Assembly (NCBI GenBank): GCA_902796625.1
Contig: CADBPX010000081.1
Location: 1 to 34,678, forward strand
Source: an uncultured Pseudomonadota bacterium
GTDB taxonomy: Bacteria; Pseudomonadota; Alphaproteobacteria; RF32; CAG-239
Length of the DNA: 34,678 nucleotides
Direction: 5' to 3'
Below are positions 17,818 through 25,575 of this stretch, piece after piece; the first letter of the stretch is position 1, and each line of letters begins with the position of its first letter. The notes under the pieces were generated by a model. It saw only the letters and a list, made by a program, of their open reading frames with translations, had not been told where the DNA came from and searched no databases. Made by a program: the position numbers and the translations under genes.

Positions 17818-19116
17818 ATGCGCACTTTGCTGATTCTTTTCCTGCTTTTACTTGGTACGCCGCTATCGGCGCAGGAGCTGTTACTGGAAGATGTTATTGA
17901 AGACACTGCGCCTTCGGTCGTCAGTATTGTAGCTCAAGAAAAAGAGGGCACGCAAGCATTGGGAGCCGGCATTATTATCAGTGCTGACGGCTATGTGGTT
18001 ACCAATGCACATGTCGCCGAAGATGCCGTTAAAATTACGGTAATAACCTCCGACGAAGAAACATTGACGGCGCGAACTGTCGGCCTTGACCGCAAAACCG
18101 ATATAGCCTTGCTGAAAATCAATCACCCTTTGAACTTGGAACCGGCTCATTTTGCTGATTCCGATTTAGTGCGGGTCGGCAATCGGGTATTTGCCGTCGG
18201 CAACCCTTTCGGACTGGGTAATAGTGTGTCACAAGGAATAATATCGGCGAAAGAGCGCAACATTGATAAAGGCCCGTATGATAACTTTCTGCAAACTGAT
18301 GCAGCCATCAATCAAGGTAATTCCGGAGGCCCGTTGTTCAATATGAACGGCGAAGTTATTGGTATTAATACGGCTATTTTTTCAACCGACGGACAGAATA
18401 TGCGCTTAGGTTTTGCCACACCGTCCAATATTGTACGTTGGGTAGTTAAGCAGCTGAAAACTAACGGCCGTGTCGTACGCGGCTGGTTGGGAATCAGCGT
18501 TCAGCCGACACGCATAACAACGACCGAAGGACGAGAAGAAAAATTGGTTGTTTCCGCCATGGCCGAAAATTCCCCGGCTTATGATGCCGGATTACAGGTT
18601 GGTGACATACTGGAAAGTGCCGGTGAAATCGCTCTGGATAATCCACGGATTTTTTCATTGGGAATTGCCCAAACCGAGCCGGGAACAGTTTTACCGATTA
18701 CGGTTCTGCGCAATAATGAATTGTTAGATCTGTCCGTAAAAGTACAAAAAATGCCGAAAAATAATTTATCGCCGACTCCAACACCGACGACAACCGATAT
18801 TAAAAGTCTGGCCGATCTCGGTATAGATAAATATCAGGTAAAAAATGCCGTCTATTATCCGGATTTGGGAATAAAAGCGTACTTCGACGAAGTTAACCGC
18901 GAAATGGTAATTGTGGCCATCGACCCGCAAGCAGAAATTTTATCCAAAGGCATCCAAATCGGCGATCGTTTTAATATGGCTAATGACACAAAAATATTCA
19001 GTGCGGAAGACTTAAGAATAAAAATAAAAATGGCTAAAGACAACGGTAAAATTACTTTAATTTTCCTTAAAGGCGGAGAAGTTGATACCGTTACGGTTAA
19101 TTTTAACGAGGAATAA
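17818..19116 (+). CDS. degP: Periplasmic serine endoprotease, DegP/HtrA family, two PDZ-like regions
   Basis: Signal peptide. Catalytic triad contexts TNAHV, DIALLKI, GNSGGPL. PDZ segment (SPAYDAGLQVGDIL). The hflKC-degP order is typical of alphaproteobacteria. Confidence 0.92.
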   Translation: MRTLLILFLLLLGTPLSAQELLLEDVIEDTAPSVVSIVAQEKEGTQALGAGIIISADGYVVTNAHVAEDAVKITVITSDEETLTARTVGLDRKTDIALLKINHPLNLEPAHFADSDLVRVGNRVFAVGNPFGLGNSVSQGIISAKERNIDKGPYDNFLQTDAAINQGNSGGPLFNMNGEVIGINTAIFSTDGQNMRLGFATPSNIVRWVVKQLKTNGRVVRGWLGISVQPTRITTTEGREEKLVVSAMAENSPAYDAGLQVGDILESAGEIALDNPRIFSLGIAQTEPGTVLPITVLRNNELLDLSVKVQKMPKNNLSPTPTPTTTDIKSLADLGIDKYQVKNAVYYPDLGIKAYFDEVNREMVIVAIDPQAEILSKGIQIGDRFNMANDTKIFSAEDLRIKIKMAKDNGKITLIFLKGGEVDTVTVNFNEE

Positions 19117-19117
19117 A

Positions 19118-19573
19118 ATGGCGCGAATTGATTTTTATCATTTGCAGAAACAGTCGTTAGAAGAAGTTTTGCCCATACTTTTAAGCAAGGCTTATTCTAC
19201 CGGCAACCGTATATTGATAAAAACATCGTCAAGCGAGCACGCCGAACAAATTAATAGTTTTTTATGGACGTTTAATGACGAAAGTTTTATTCCGCACGGA
19301 ACCAGAAAGGACGGATTTGCCGAACAACAACCGATATGGATAACCGCCGACGATGAAAATGCCAATCAAGCCGACTTTTTGTTTTTAATAAACGGCGCCG
19401 ATATTACCGCGGAGCAAGCGCAATCTTATACCCGTATTTTTAATATTTTTGACGGCAATTCTGAAACATCACTAACTTTAGCGCGGCAACAGTGGAAAAA
19501 ATTTAAAGAAAAAAAATTTGAAGTTTACTACTGGCAGCAAACTTCGCGGGGAACTTGGGAACAAAAAGCATAA
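19118..19573 (+). CDS. holC: DNA polymerase III chi subunit
   Basis: IDFYHL at the N-terminus, FLWTF...FIPHG, QPIWIT, IFDGNSE, ARQQW...YYWQQ..GTWEQ. The start was chosen at MARIDF behind GAGGA. The ORF is open to 19082 but overlaps degP there. Confidence 0.85.
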   Translation: MARIDFYHLQKQSLEEVLPILLSKAYSTGNRILIKTSSSEHAEQINSFLWTFNDESFIPHGTRKDGFAEQQPIWITADDENANQADFLFLINGADITAEQAQSYTRIFNIFDGNSETSLTLARQQWKKFKEKKFEVYYWQQTSRGTWEQKA

Positions 19574-19656
19574 AGCAAGAGCATAAGCGGGAAAAAAATC
19601 TTGCTTAAATCGGAAAACCCAATAAGATGTGTACTATATTTATGGGAGAACTAAAC

Positions 19657-20622
19657 ATGACGGAAAACCAAGATATTAAAATAGCCAAGCAAACAATTGA
19701 ACAAGAAATAGAGGCTTTACAGGCTCTGGAAAAAAGTCTGAACGGAAGTTTAACTCAGGCTTTGGATATTATGCAAAAAACCAAAGGTCGGGTTATTATT
19801 ACCGGCATGGGAAAATCCGGCCACATCGGGCGAAAAATTTCTGCCACTCTGGCCTCCACCGGCACCCCATCGTTTTTCCTGCATCCAAGCGAGGGCAGCC
19901 ACGGTGATTTAGGTATGGTTACACCGTCTGATGTAGTTATTGCTATATCAAACAGCGGCGAATCGAAAGAATTATCCGATATTCTAGTTTATTGCCGACG
20001 TTTCAGTGTTCCGGTAATCGCCATCACCAAAAATCCGGAAAGTTCTCTTGGCAAAAACAGTGATCTGATACTTAAACTGCCGGATAATCGCGAAGCCTGT
20101 CCGTTAGGTTTGGCGCCGACTTCATCGACCACTGCCACCTTAGTTTTGGGCGATATTTTGGCTTCGGACTTAATGGTGCGCAAGGGCTTTACCGAAGAAG
20201 ATTTCAAGTTGCGGCATCCGGGAGGAAAACTCGGCTCTATTTTGCGCCATGTATCTGATATTATGCATACCGGCGATGAAATGCCGCTGATTAAAGATGA
20301 CGCCATCATGCAAGATGCCTTGCTTACCATGTCATCAAAGATGCTCGGTTGTGTTGGAATCATTAATGATAAAAACGAATTAATCGGCATGATCACTGAC
20401 GGTGACTTACGGCGTTGGATGTCTCCGGATTTGATTACCGAGAAAGTGGTCAAAGTCATGACGAAAAATCCACGTACCATTGGACCAGATGTACTGATTG
20501 CGGAGGCGGTTAATGTTATGAATAACACCGGACGCGGTATTACCAATCTGTTTGTTGTTGAGGATAAAAAACCGATCGGCATTGTTCATATTCACGATTG
20601 TTTACGTGCCGGAGCCAGCTAA
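19657..20622 (+). CDS. kdsD: Arabinose-5-phosphate isomerase (KpsF/KdsD; SIS plus tandem CBS)
   Basis: SIS motif GMGKSGHIGRKISATLASTGTPSFFLHPSEGSHGDLG and a C-terminal CBS pair. The start was chosen at MTENQ behind GGGAGA. It precedes the lpt genes, as is usual. Confidence 0.92.
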   Translation: MTENQDIKIAKQTIEQEIEALQALEKSLNGSLTQALDIMQKTKGRVIITGMGKSGHIGRKISATLASTGTPSFFLHPSEGSHGDLGMVTPSDVVIAISNSGESKELSDILVYCRRFSVPVIAITKNPESSLGKNSDLILKLPDNREACPLGLAPTSSTTATLVLGDILASDLMVRKGFTEEDFKLRHPGGKLGSILRHVSDIMHTGDEMPLIKDDAIMQDALLTMSSKMLGCVGIINDKNELIGMITDGDLRRWMSPDLITEKVVKVMTKNPRTIGPDVLIAEAVNVMNNTGRGITNLFVVEDKKPIGIVHIHDCLRAGAS

Positions 20623-20625
20623 TTT

Positions 20626-21879
20626 ATGTTAGATTCACATCAAATTGATTCTTACTTTGAAAACAGTCAACTGCGTAAAGATATAAGCGATAAACGCTCA
20701 CATTCTTCACGGTGGGCTCGTTTGATAAAAATCGGCGGTCCGTGTATTGCGGCAGCAATTTTCGGCTTGATGGTGATTATGCCGAACATCAAAAAAAGCA
20801 TTGACATTAGAGATAATGTTACGATGCCGAAAATTAATGAGATGGAAAAGCTGCATATGGAAGAAACCGTTTTCAGCACAACAGACAGCAAGAATCGTAT
20901 CAGTCGCATTGTTGCCGACAGTGTTGATGAACTGGAGCCGGGTTCACCTAAAGTGAAAATACTTAACCCCCACGGAACAATTCCGACTGATAATGGTGAG
21001 ATGGTTATTGTAGCAGATGTCGGCTACTTTGATCAGAAGGCAACAATTTTAGATTTAGAACACGATATTAATGCCGTTATTGAAGAAAAAACTACCATAT
21101 CCACCGAACGGGCCACTTATGATTTTAAGAGTGAATACGGCTACGGTAACGCTCCGATTTTTGCCTCAGGTGAGTGGGGAAAAGCGCAAGCACAGTCATT
21201 TAACTATGATAAAAAAAATAACGAACTGATGTTGAACGGCAATACCGAAATTACCACCAAAGAATGGATATTAACTTCTGATAAGGTGACACGCTACTAC
21301 CAAAATGAAAACAAAGCCATCTCGGAAGGAAATGTTAAAATCACGCAAGGGCAAAATGTTCTGAAAACTGATAAGTTAATTTCATATTTTAGCAAAGGCG
21401 GGCATAAAGAATTACTTCGAGCTGAGGCATACGGCAATGTTGAAATACACACCCCGAACGAAAAAGCTTACGGAACCAGCGGGATTTACGATCTGACACA
21501 GAATCGGCTTGAATTAAATTCAAAAGCCAAAGTTATACAAGGTGATAATCTTCTGACTGCCGATAAAATTATCGTTTATTTTTATCCGGGAGTTAAACGT
21601 GAGATCAATTATATTGAAGCCTTAGGTCATGTTACGGTTACAACTCCGAAAGGTTCGGCACAAGGCAACAAAGGTGTCTATAAACCGCAAGAAGATATCG
21701 TTGAATTGCTAGACGATGTTATTATCCGTCAGGACAATAATTTTATTCGCGGCGGCCGCGCCGAAACTAACTTAAAAACTTCAATAAGCAGAATAACCGG
21801 CCGACAGAAAGGTGAACGTATCAGCGGCATTTTTTACAGCAAAGGAAAAAAGACAGATGGCAACAAAACAAAAAAATGA
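20626..21879 (+). CDS. Apparent LptC-LptA fusion (TM anchor plus two consecutive OstA/LptC-type beta-jellyroll modules)
   Basis: TM helix at aa 31-54. An LptC-like module spans about aa 75-210. LptA/OstA_N-like repeats span about aa 213-395 (GNVKITQGQNVLKTDKLISYF; GNVEIHT...VIQGDNLLTADKIIVYF; GHVTVTT...). It occupies the slot normally held by separate lptC and lptA between kdsD and lptB. Confidence 0.65.
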   Translation: MLDSHQIDSYFENSQLRKDISDKRSHSSRWARLIKIGGPCIAAAIFGLMVIMPNIKKSIDIRDNVTMPKINEMEKLHMEETVFSTTDSKNRISRIVADSVDELEPGSPKVKILNPHGTIPTDNGEMVIVADVGYFDQKATILDLEHDINAVIEEKTTISTERATYDFKSEYGYGNAPIFASGEWGKAQAQSFNYDKKNNELMLNGNTEITTKEWILTSDKVTRYYQNENKAISEGNVKITQGQNVLKTDKLISYFSKGGHKELLRAEAYGNVEIHTPNEKAYGTSGIYDLTQNRLELNSKAKVIQGDNLLTADKIIVYFYPGVKREINYIEALGHVTVTTPKGSAQGNKGVYKPQEDIVELLDDVIIRQDNNFIRGGRAETNLKTSISRITGRQKGERISGIFYSKGKKTDGNKTKK

Positions 21880-22603
21880 TACCGATGTTTTGGAAATTTT
21901 TAATATCGGCAAAAAATACAAAAAAAGAACTGTATTAAAAAATGTTTCACTGCACGTTCGCAAAGGAGAAGCCGTGGGTTTATTGGGTCCGAACGGAGCG
22001 GGTAAGACAACCTGCTTTTATTGCATCACAGGCTTAATTACCCCTGACTACGGTGATATTTACATTAACGGGCAAGATATTACGGAAATGCCGATGTATC
22101 GCCGTGCCCGCATGGGAATCGGATATTTGCCGCAAGAAGCCTCCATTTTCCGCAGCTTAAGTGTTGAAGACAATATTAAAGCAATTTTGCAAGTTGTCAC
22201 CGATGACATTAATCAGCGTGAAACCATGTTGGAAGAATTGTTGAATGAATTTTCCATTGCGCATTTACGTAAATCTCCGGCCTTATCTTTATCCGGCGGT
22301 GAGCGGCGGCGCTTGGAAATAGCTCGTGCTCTGGCCTGCAAGCCAAACTTTATATTATTGGACGAACCTCTGGCCGGTATTGATCCGATTGCCGTTGGTG
22401 AAATTCGTCAACTGGTCGGTCAACTGAAAAATCGCGGTTTGGGAGTATTAATAACCGACCATAATGTTCGAGAAACCTTGGATATTATTGATCGTGCCTA
22501 TATATTACATAATGGTACCGTTCTAATGGAAGGGGAACCGCAAGAAATTGTTGCCAATGAAGAGGTTCGCAAAGTTTATCTGGGTGACAATTTCTCCTTA
22601 TAA
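21857..22603 (+). CDS. lptB: LPS export ABC transporter ATP-binding protein LptB
   Basis: Walker A GPNGAGKTT, signature LSGGERRRLEIARAL, Walker B LLDEP, H-loop ITDHN. The start was chosen at MATKQK. The ORF is open to 21812. Confidence 0.93.
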   Translation: MATKQKNDTDVLEIFNIGKKYKKRTVLKNVSLHVRKGEAVGLLGPNGAGKTTCFYCITGLITPDYGDIYINGQDITEMPMYRRARMGIGYLPQEASIFRSLSVEDNIKAILQVVTDDINQRETMLEELLNEFSIAHLRKSPALSLSGGERRRLEIARALACKPNFILLDEPLAGIDPIAVGEIRQLVGQLKNRGLGVLITDHNVRETLDIIDRAYILHNGTVLMEGEPQEIVANEEVRKVYLGDNFSL

Positions 22604-22634
22604 AAAAACAATAGTATTTACTTTTACTTAAAGA

Positions 22635-22643
22635 TGTTATACT
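22635..22643 (+). promoter_or_regulatory. Extended -10 element (TGTTATACT) upstream of hpf
   Basis: Matches TGnTATAAT at 8 of 9 positions. It lies about 60 nt upstream of the hpf ATG in the 98-nt lptB-hpf gap. No good -35 is present. Confidence 0.3.
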
Positions 22644-22701
22644 ATAAGTTCAGTTTAATCGGCAATAGGGCCGCAATATAATTAACAAATGAGGTATTAA
22701 T

Positions 22702-23262
22702 ATGAATATTACATTATCTGGTAAGCAAGTAGATATCGGTGACAGATTACGCAAAAGAGTTGAAGAAGGCATAGAGGCTTCTGTCAGCAAGTACTTTAAT
22801 GCGCCGATCGGTTGTAATGTCTACTTTTCAAAAGAAGGGGAAGATTTTCGCGCAGAAGTTACGGTTCATCCGGCAAAAAATATTGTTCTGAAAGGTACCG
22901 GTATAGCGGCAGATCCGTATTCGGCTTTTGATGATGCCAATGCTCATATTGCGACTCGTTTGCGTCGGCAAAAGAATAAACTTAATGACCATAAAGGCAA
23001 AACCGGTGCGGTTGAAATGGCTCATGAGGCGGTATTCCCGTTAACAGAGACCGAAGATGAAATGAGTATTGACGAGTCTGCACCGTTAACCATTGCGGAA
23101 ACTGATGCCAATATTAAAGTATGCACAGTCAGTGAAGCCGTAATGTATATGGATTTGGCTGACGAATCGGCTTTGATGTTCCGCAACAGTGCCAACAATC
23201 GCATCAGCATGGTATATCGCCGCAAAGACGGTAACATTGGCTGGGTTGAACCGGCAGAATAG
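22702..23262 (+). CDS. hpf: Ribosome hibernation promoting factor, long form
   Basis: N-terminal S30AE/YfiA fold (MNITLSGKQVDIGDRLR...) plus the C-terminal dimerisation domain of long HPFs (MDLADESALMFRNSANNRISMVYRRKDGNIGWVEP). Confidence 0.9.
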   Translation: MNITLSGKQVDIGDRLRKRVEEGIEASVSKYFNAPIGCNVYFSKEGEDFRAEVTVHPAKNIVLKGTGIAADPYSAFDDANAHIATRLRRQKNKLNDHKGKTGAVEMAHEAVFPLTETEDEMSIDESAPLTIAETDANIKVCTVSEAVMYMDLADESALMFRNSANNRISMVYRRKDGNIGWVEPAE

Positions 23263-23288
23263 TTTGAATCAAATAAGGCTGTATATAT

Positions 23289-23732
23289 ATGAATATTTCA
23301 GACATATTGTCAAAAGATATGGTTGTAGCTGATTTGCAGGCGGCTTCAAAACGTCAGGTGATAGAGCGAATTGCCGCGTTTATTGCCCAGAAAAAACATT
23401 TAGATGCCAACAAAATTTTTGAGGCAATCTGGGAGCGCGAACAGCTTGGATCTACAGGGTATGGTGCCGGTGTTGCCTTTCCCCACGCACGGATTGATGA
23501 TCTTAATGAGATAATTACGGCTTTTGTTCAGCTTAAAACACCGGTTGATTACGAAGCTGTTGACGGCAAGCCGGTTGATATTCTGGCGGTTCTTGTTTCG
23601 CCGGAAAAAAGCGGTGAAGATCATTTACAAAGTCTAGCTCTTTTTTCACGTGTTCTGAAAAATTCAGAAACATGCCAAAAAATTCGCCAAGCTAAAGGAG
23701 CCAAGGAAATATATCAAAATATAAAAATATAA
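23289..23732 (+). CDS. ptsN: PTS-Ntr EIIA protein PtsN
   Basis: EIIA(Fru/Ntr) fold with the phosphorylatable His context GAGVAFPHARID. Follows hpf, as in other Proteobacteria. Confidence 0.88.
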   Translation: MNISDILSKDMVVADLQAASKRQVIERIAAFIAQKKHLDANKIFEAIWEREQLGSTGYGAGVAFPHARIDDLNEIITAFVQLKTPVDYEAVDGKPVDILAVLVSPEKSGEDHLQSLALFSRVLKNSETCQKIRQAKGAKEIYQNIKI

Positions 23733-23756
23733 AATGTTTCTAAAGCATCTTTTAAA

Positions 23757-23784
23757 TACCCCCGTTGCCAAACGGGGGTATTTT
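23757..23784 (+). terminator. Rho-independent terminator after ptsN
   Basis: Perfect 10-bp stem TACCCCCGTT/AACGGGGGTA, GCCA loop, then TTTT. Confidence 0.85.
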
Positions 23785-23810
23785 GTAACAATAACTTAAC
23801 ACTGTGATTA

Positions 23811-23842
23811 TTGAAAATTTTATGAATCAATGGTAGTATAAT
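23811..23842 (+). promoter_or_regulatory. Sigma70-like promoter for the lysozyme-like gene (TTGAAA-17 nt-TAGTAT, overlapping TATAAT)
   Basis: -35 TTGAAA at 23811-23816; TAGTAT at 23834-23839, with TATAAT shifted by 3 nt (23837-23842). It lies between the ptsN terminator and the GGAGG RBS. Confidence 0.35.
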
Positions 23843-23873
23843 ACTATAGTAAAAATTATCTATGGAGGCCATC

Positions 23874-25037
23874 ATGACTGTGACGTCACGTGAAAAAATG
23901 AAAAGAGATCAAAAAAAGGCTTTGAGACAAACTCTGGAAACCAAAAAAGAGCCTCTGCGCCAAATTTATGGTGCCTATGCCGATAAAATATGGCTTTTAG
24001 CCGTAACCGGACCATCAAATTTAAAAGCGATTACCGATGGTAAAAGACGCGGATCTCTTAACACCATAAACTATTTTATCGAAAATTATGATAAAATTAA
24101 TATTGATGCTTTGGCAGAAGTGCTTGGTATATCAAGAGAAGAACTGCTGGCGGAATCGCCTAAATTGAACGCAAACGTACCAGATGAGCATGTTCAAACA
24201 CATGATGTTGCCGAACAAGAACAACCGACTGCGATGCCGGAAAAAACGCAAAAAAGAAATGAGCGTCGTTCGGATATGGTTACTTCCAACCAACCGGTCA
24301 GTGATAAAGACGGCTTATTAGAGGCATGCTATGACGTATTTGGAGAAAGAAGAAGTACCGGTCAGGTATTGAATGCTCACTTAGACCCGAAAGGCTATCC
24401 GACCATCGGTTGCGGACACCTTATTTATAGGCCAGGGAAAAATGTCGAAGCCCAAAGAAGAAGACATATTAAGGCCATGAAAGCTATCGGCATTGATGAA
24501 AAAACCGCCGGAGCGCAATTTGATGCTTTGGTTAGAGGTCCGATTCAGCATAAAAAAATTAACGGTGTCGATGTTATAACTTCACCGAAGATATCTATAA
24601 CACATGACCAAGCCAAAGCGTTATTTAAATATGATGCGGAAAAGTCTTATCAAAATGCCCTCAAAAACTTCCCGGATTTGCACAAATACCCAATAGAAGT
24701 ACAGGTAGCCATTGTTCATCATGCTTATCACTATGGTAATACCGATGGGCTGAAGAAAAAATGTAAAGGTGATTTAAGTGCGGAAAATGTTGTACGACAA
24801 ATGATTAACATGCGAACCAGCGGTAGCAAAAATGAATTTTCATCGAACTCTGCTTATGAACTTAAAGCCGCTTGTGATGCCGTAGGAATAGAGCCACCGG
24901 CAGCAATTAAAAATAAAACCCAAAAGAATGGAAAAATGAAAAAAGTTTACGATAATGTCCACCAAAAAGATCAAAGCGGAGCTTACAGATCATCATCACA
25001 ACCGAGCAGACAGCGTCGTCAAGGTCGCGGAAGATAA
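23874..25037 (+). CDS. Multidomain T4-lysozyme-type (GH24) muramidase-like protein with no signal peptide, an HTH-like N-terminal region and an Arg-rich C-terminal tail
   Basis: The core aligns by eye to T4 lysozyme: FGE(162)RR...HLD(176)PKGYPT(181)IGCGHLI, then ITHDQAKALFKYDAEKSYQNAL and PIEVQVAIVHHAYHYG (ORF-track numbering). The start was chosen at the second ATG (23874), 5 nt after GGAGG. The ORF is open to 23862. Confidence 0.7.
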   Translation: MTVTSREKMKRDQKKALRQTLETKKEPLRQIYGAYADKIWLLAVTGPSNLKAITDGKRRGSLNTINYFIENYDKINIDALAEVLGISREELLAESPKLNANVPDEHVQTHDVAEQEQPTAMPEKTQKRNERRSDMVTSNQPVSDKDGLLEACYDVFGERRSTGQVLNAHLDPKGYPTIGCGHLIYRPGKNVEAQRRRHIKAMKAIGIDEKTAGAQFDALVRGPIQHKKINGVDVITSPKISITHDQAKALFKYDAEKSYQNALKNFPDLHKYPIEVQVAIVHHAYHYGNTDGLKKKCKGDLSAENVVRQMINMRTSGSKNEFSSNSAYELKAACDAVGIEPPAAIKNKTQKNGKMKKVYDNVHQKDQSGAYRSSSQPSRQRRQGRGR

Positions 25038-25168
25038 GAGAAAGGCTTATTAATGCCTATTAGCGTTGACGAAGAATGGTTAATCTGTGAAAATAGCCAA
25101 TTCTATCGCTGTGGTAAAAATTTAATATGAAAGCATAATTTAACCAATAATAATTTCTAACTTTATTA

Positions 25169-25196
25169 TTGACAAAAAAATATTTTGTAATACAAT
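25169..25196 (+). promoter_or_regulatory. Near-consensus sigma70 promoter (TTGACA-16 nt-TACAAT) upstream of small paralog 1
   Basis: -35 at 25169-25174 and -10 at 25191-25196, about 45 nt upstream of the ATG at 25240. Confidence 0.5.
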
Positions 25197-25239
25197 GGAC
25201 GAAGTTAATTTAATTATTAATCCCTAAATTTTTATTGAT

Positions 25240-25500
25240 ATGATGCAAAGCATTATTGATGGCCGCGACAAACATCAGGCCAAGGTTATTGCCAAGAAAA
25301 TTACAAAAGACGGCACCGTCAAGGTTTTTTTCCGCTATGTGGAGAAACGCCGCCGGTTGTTTAACGGAAGTATCTGCATGGCAATTGTCTCTCGTGAGAG
25401 TTTCCTTTATCCGCACGCCAAAAAGTTGCGTGCCGGAGATATGGTTTGGGCCACTCCGCAAAAGGGACGTAACAAACAATTGCTCGAAGGCTGCTTCTAA
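25240..25500 (+). CDS. Small basic protein, paralog 1 (86 aa), unknown family, GDMVWATP motif
   Basis: Aligns without gaps to the ORF at 25576-25896; I count 28 identities in the first 80 positions by hand. Nucleotide differences inside the shared QAKV and GDMVWATP blocks are all synonymous in this frame. It has its own promoter and terminator. Confidence 0.65.
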   Translation: MMQSIIDGRDKHQAKVIAKKITKDGTVKVFFRYVEKRRRLFNGSICMAIVSRESFLYPHAKKLRAGDMVWATPQKGRNKQLLEGCF

Positions 25501-25512
25501 TGTCTTACTGTC

Positions 25513-25546
25513 GAACCTCTGCAACTTCCGTTACAGAGGTTCTTTT
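25513..25546 (+). terminator. Rho-independent terminator after small paralog 1
   Basis: 9-bp stem GAACCTCTG/CAGAGGTTC, 12-nt loop, then TTTT. Confidence 0.65.
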
Positions 25547-25575
25547 AAACGAAAATTATTTCAACTTTTAAATTA

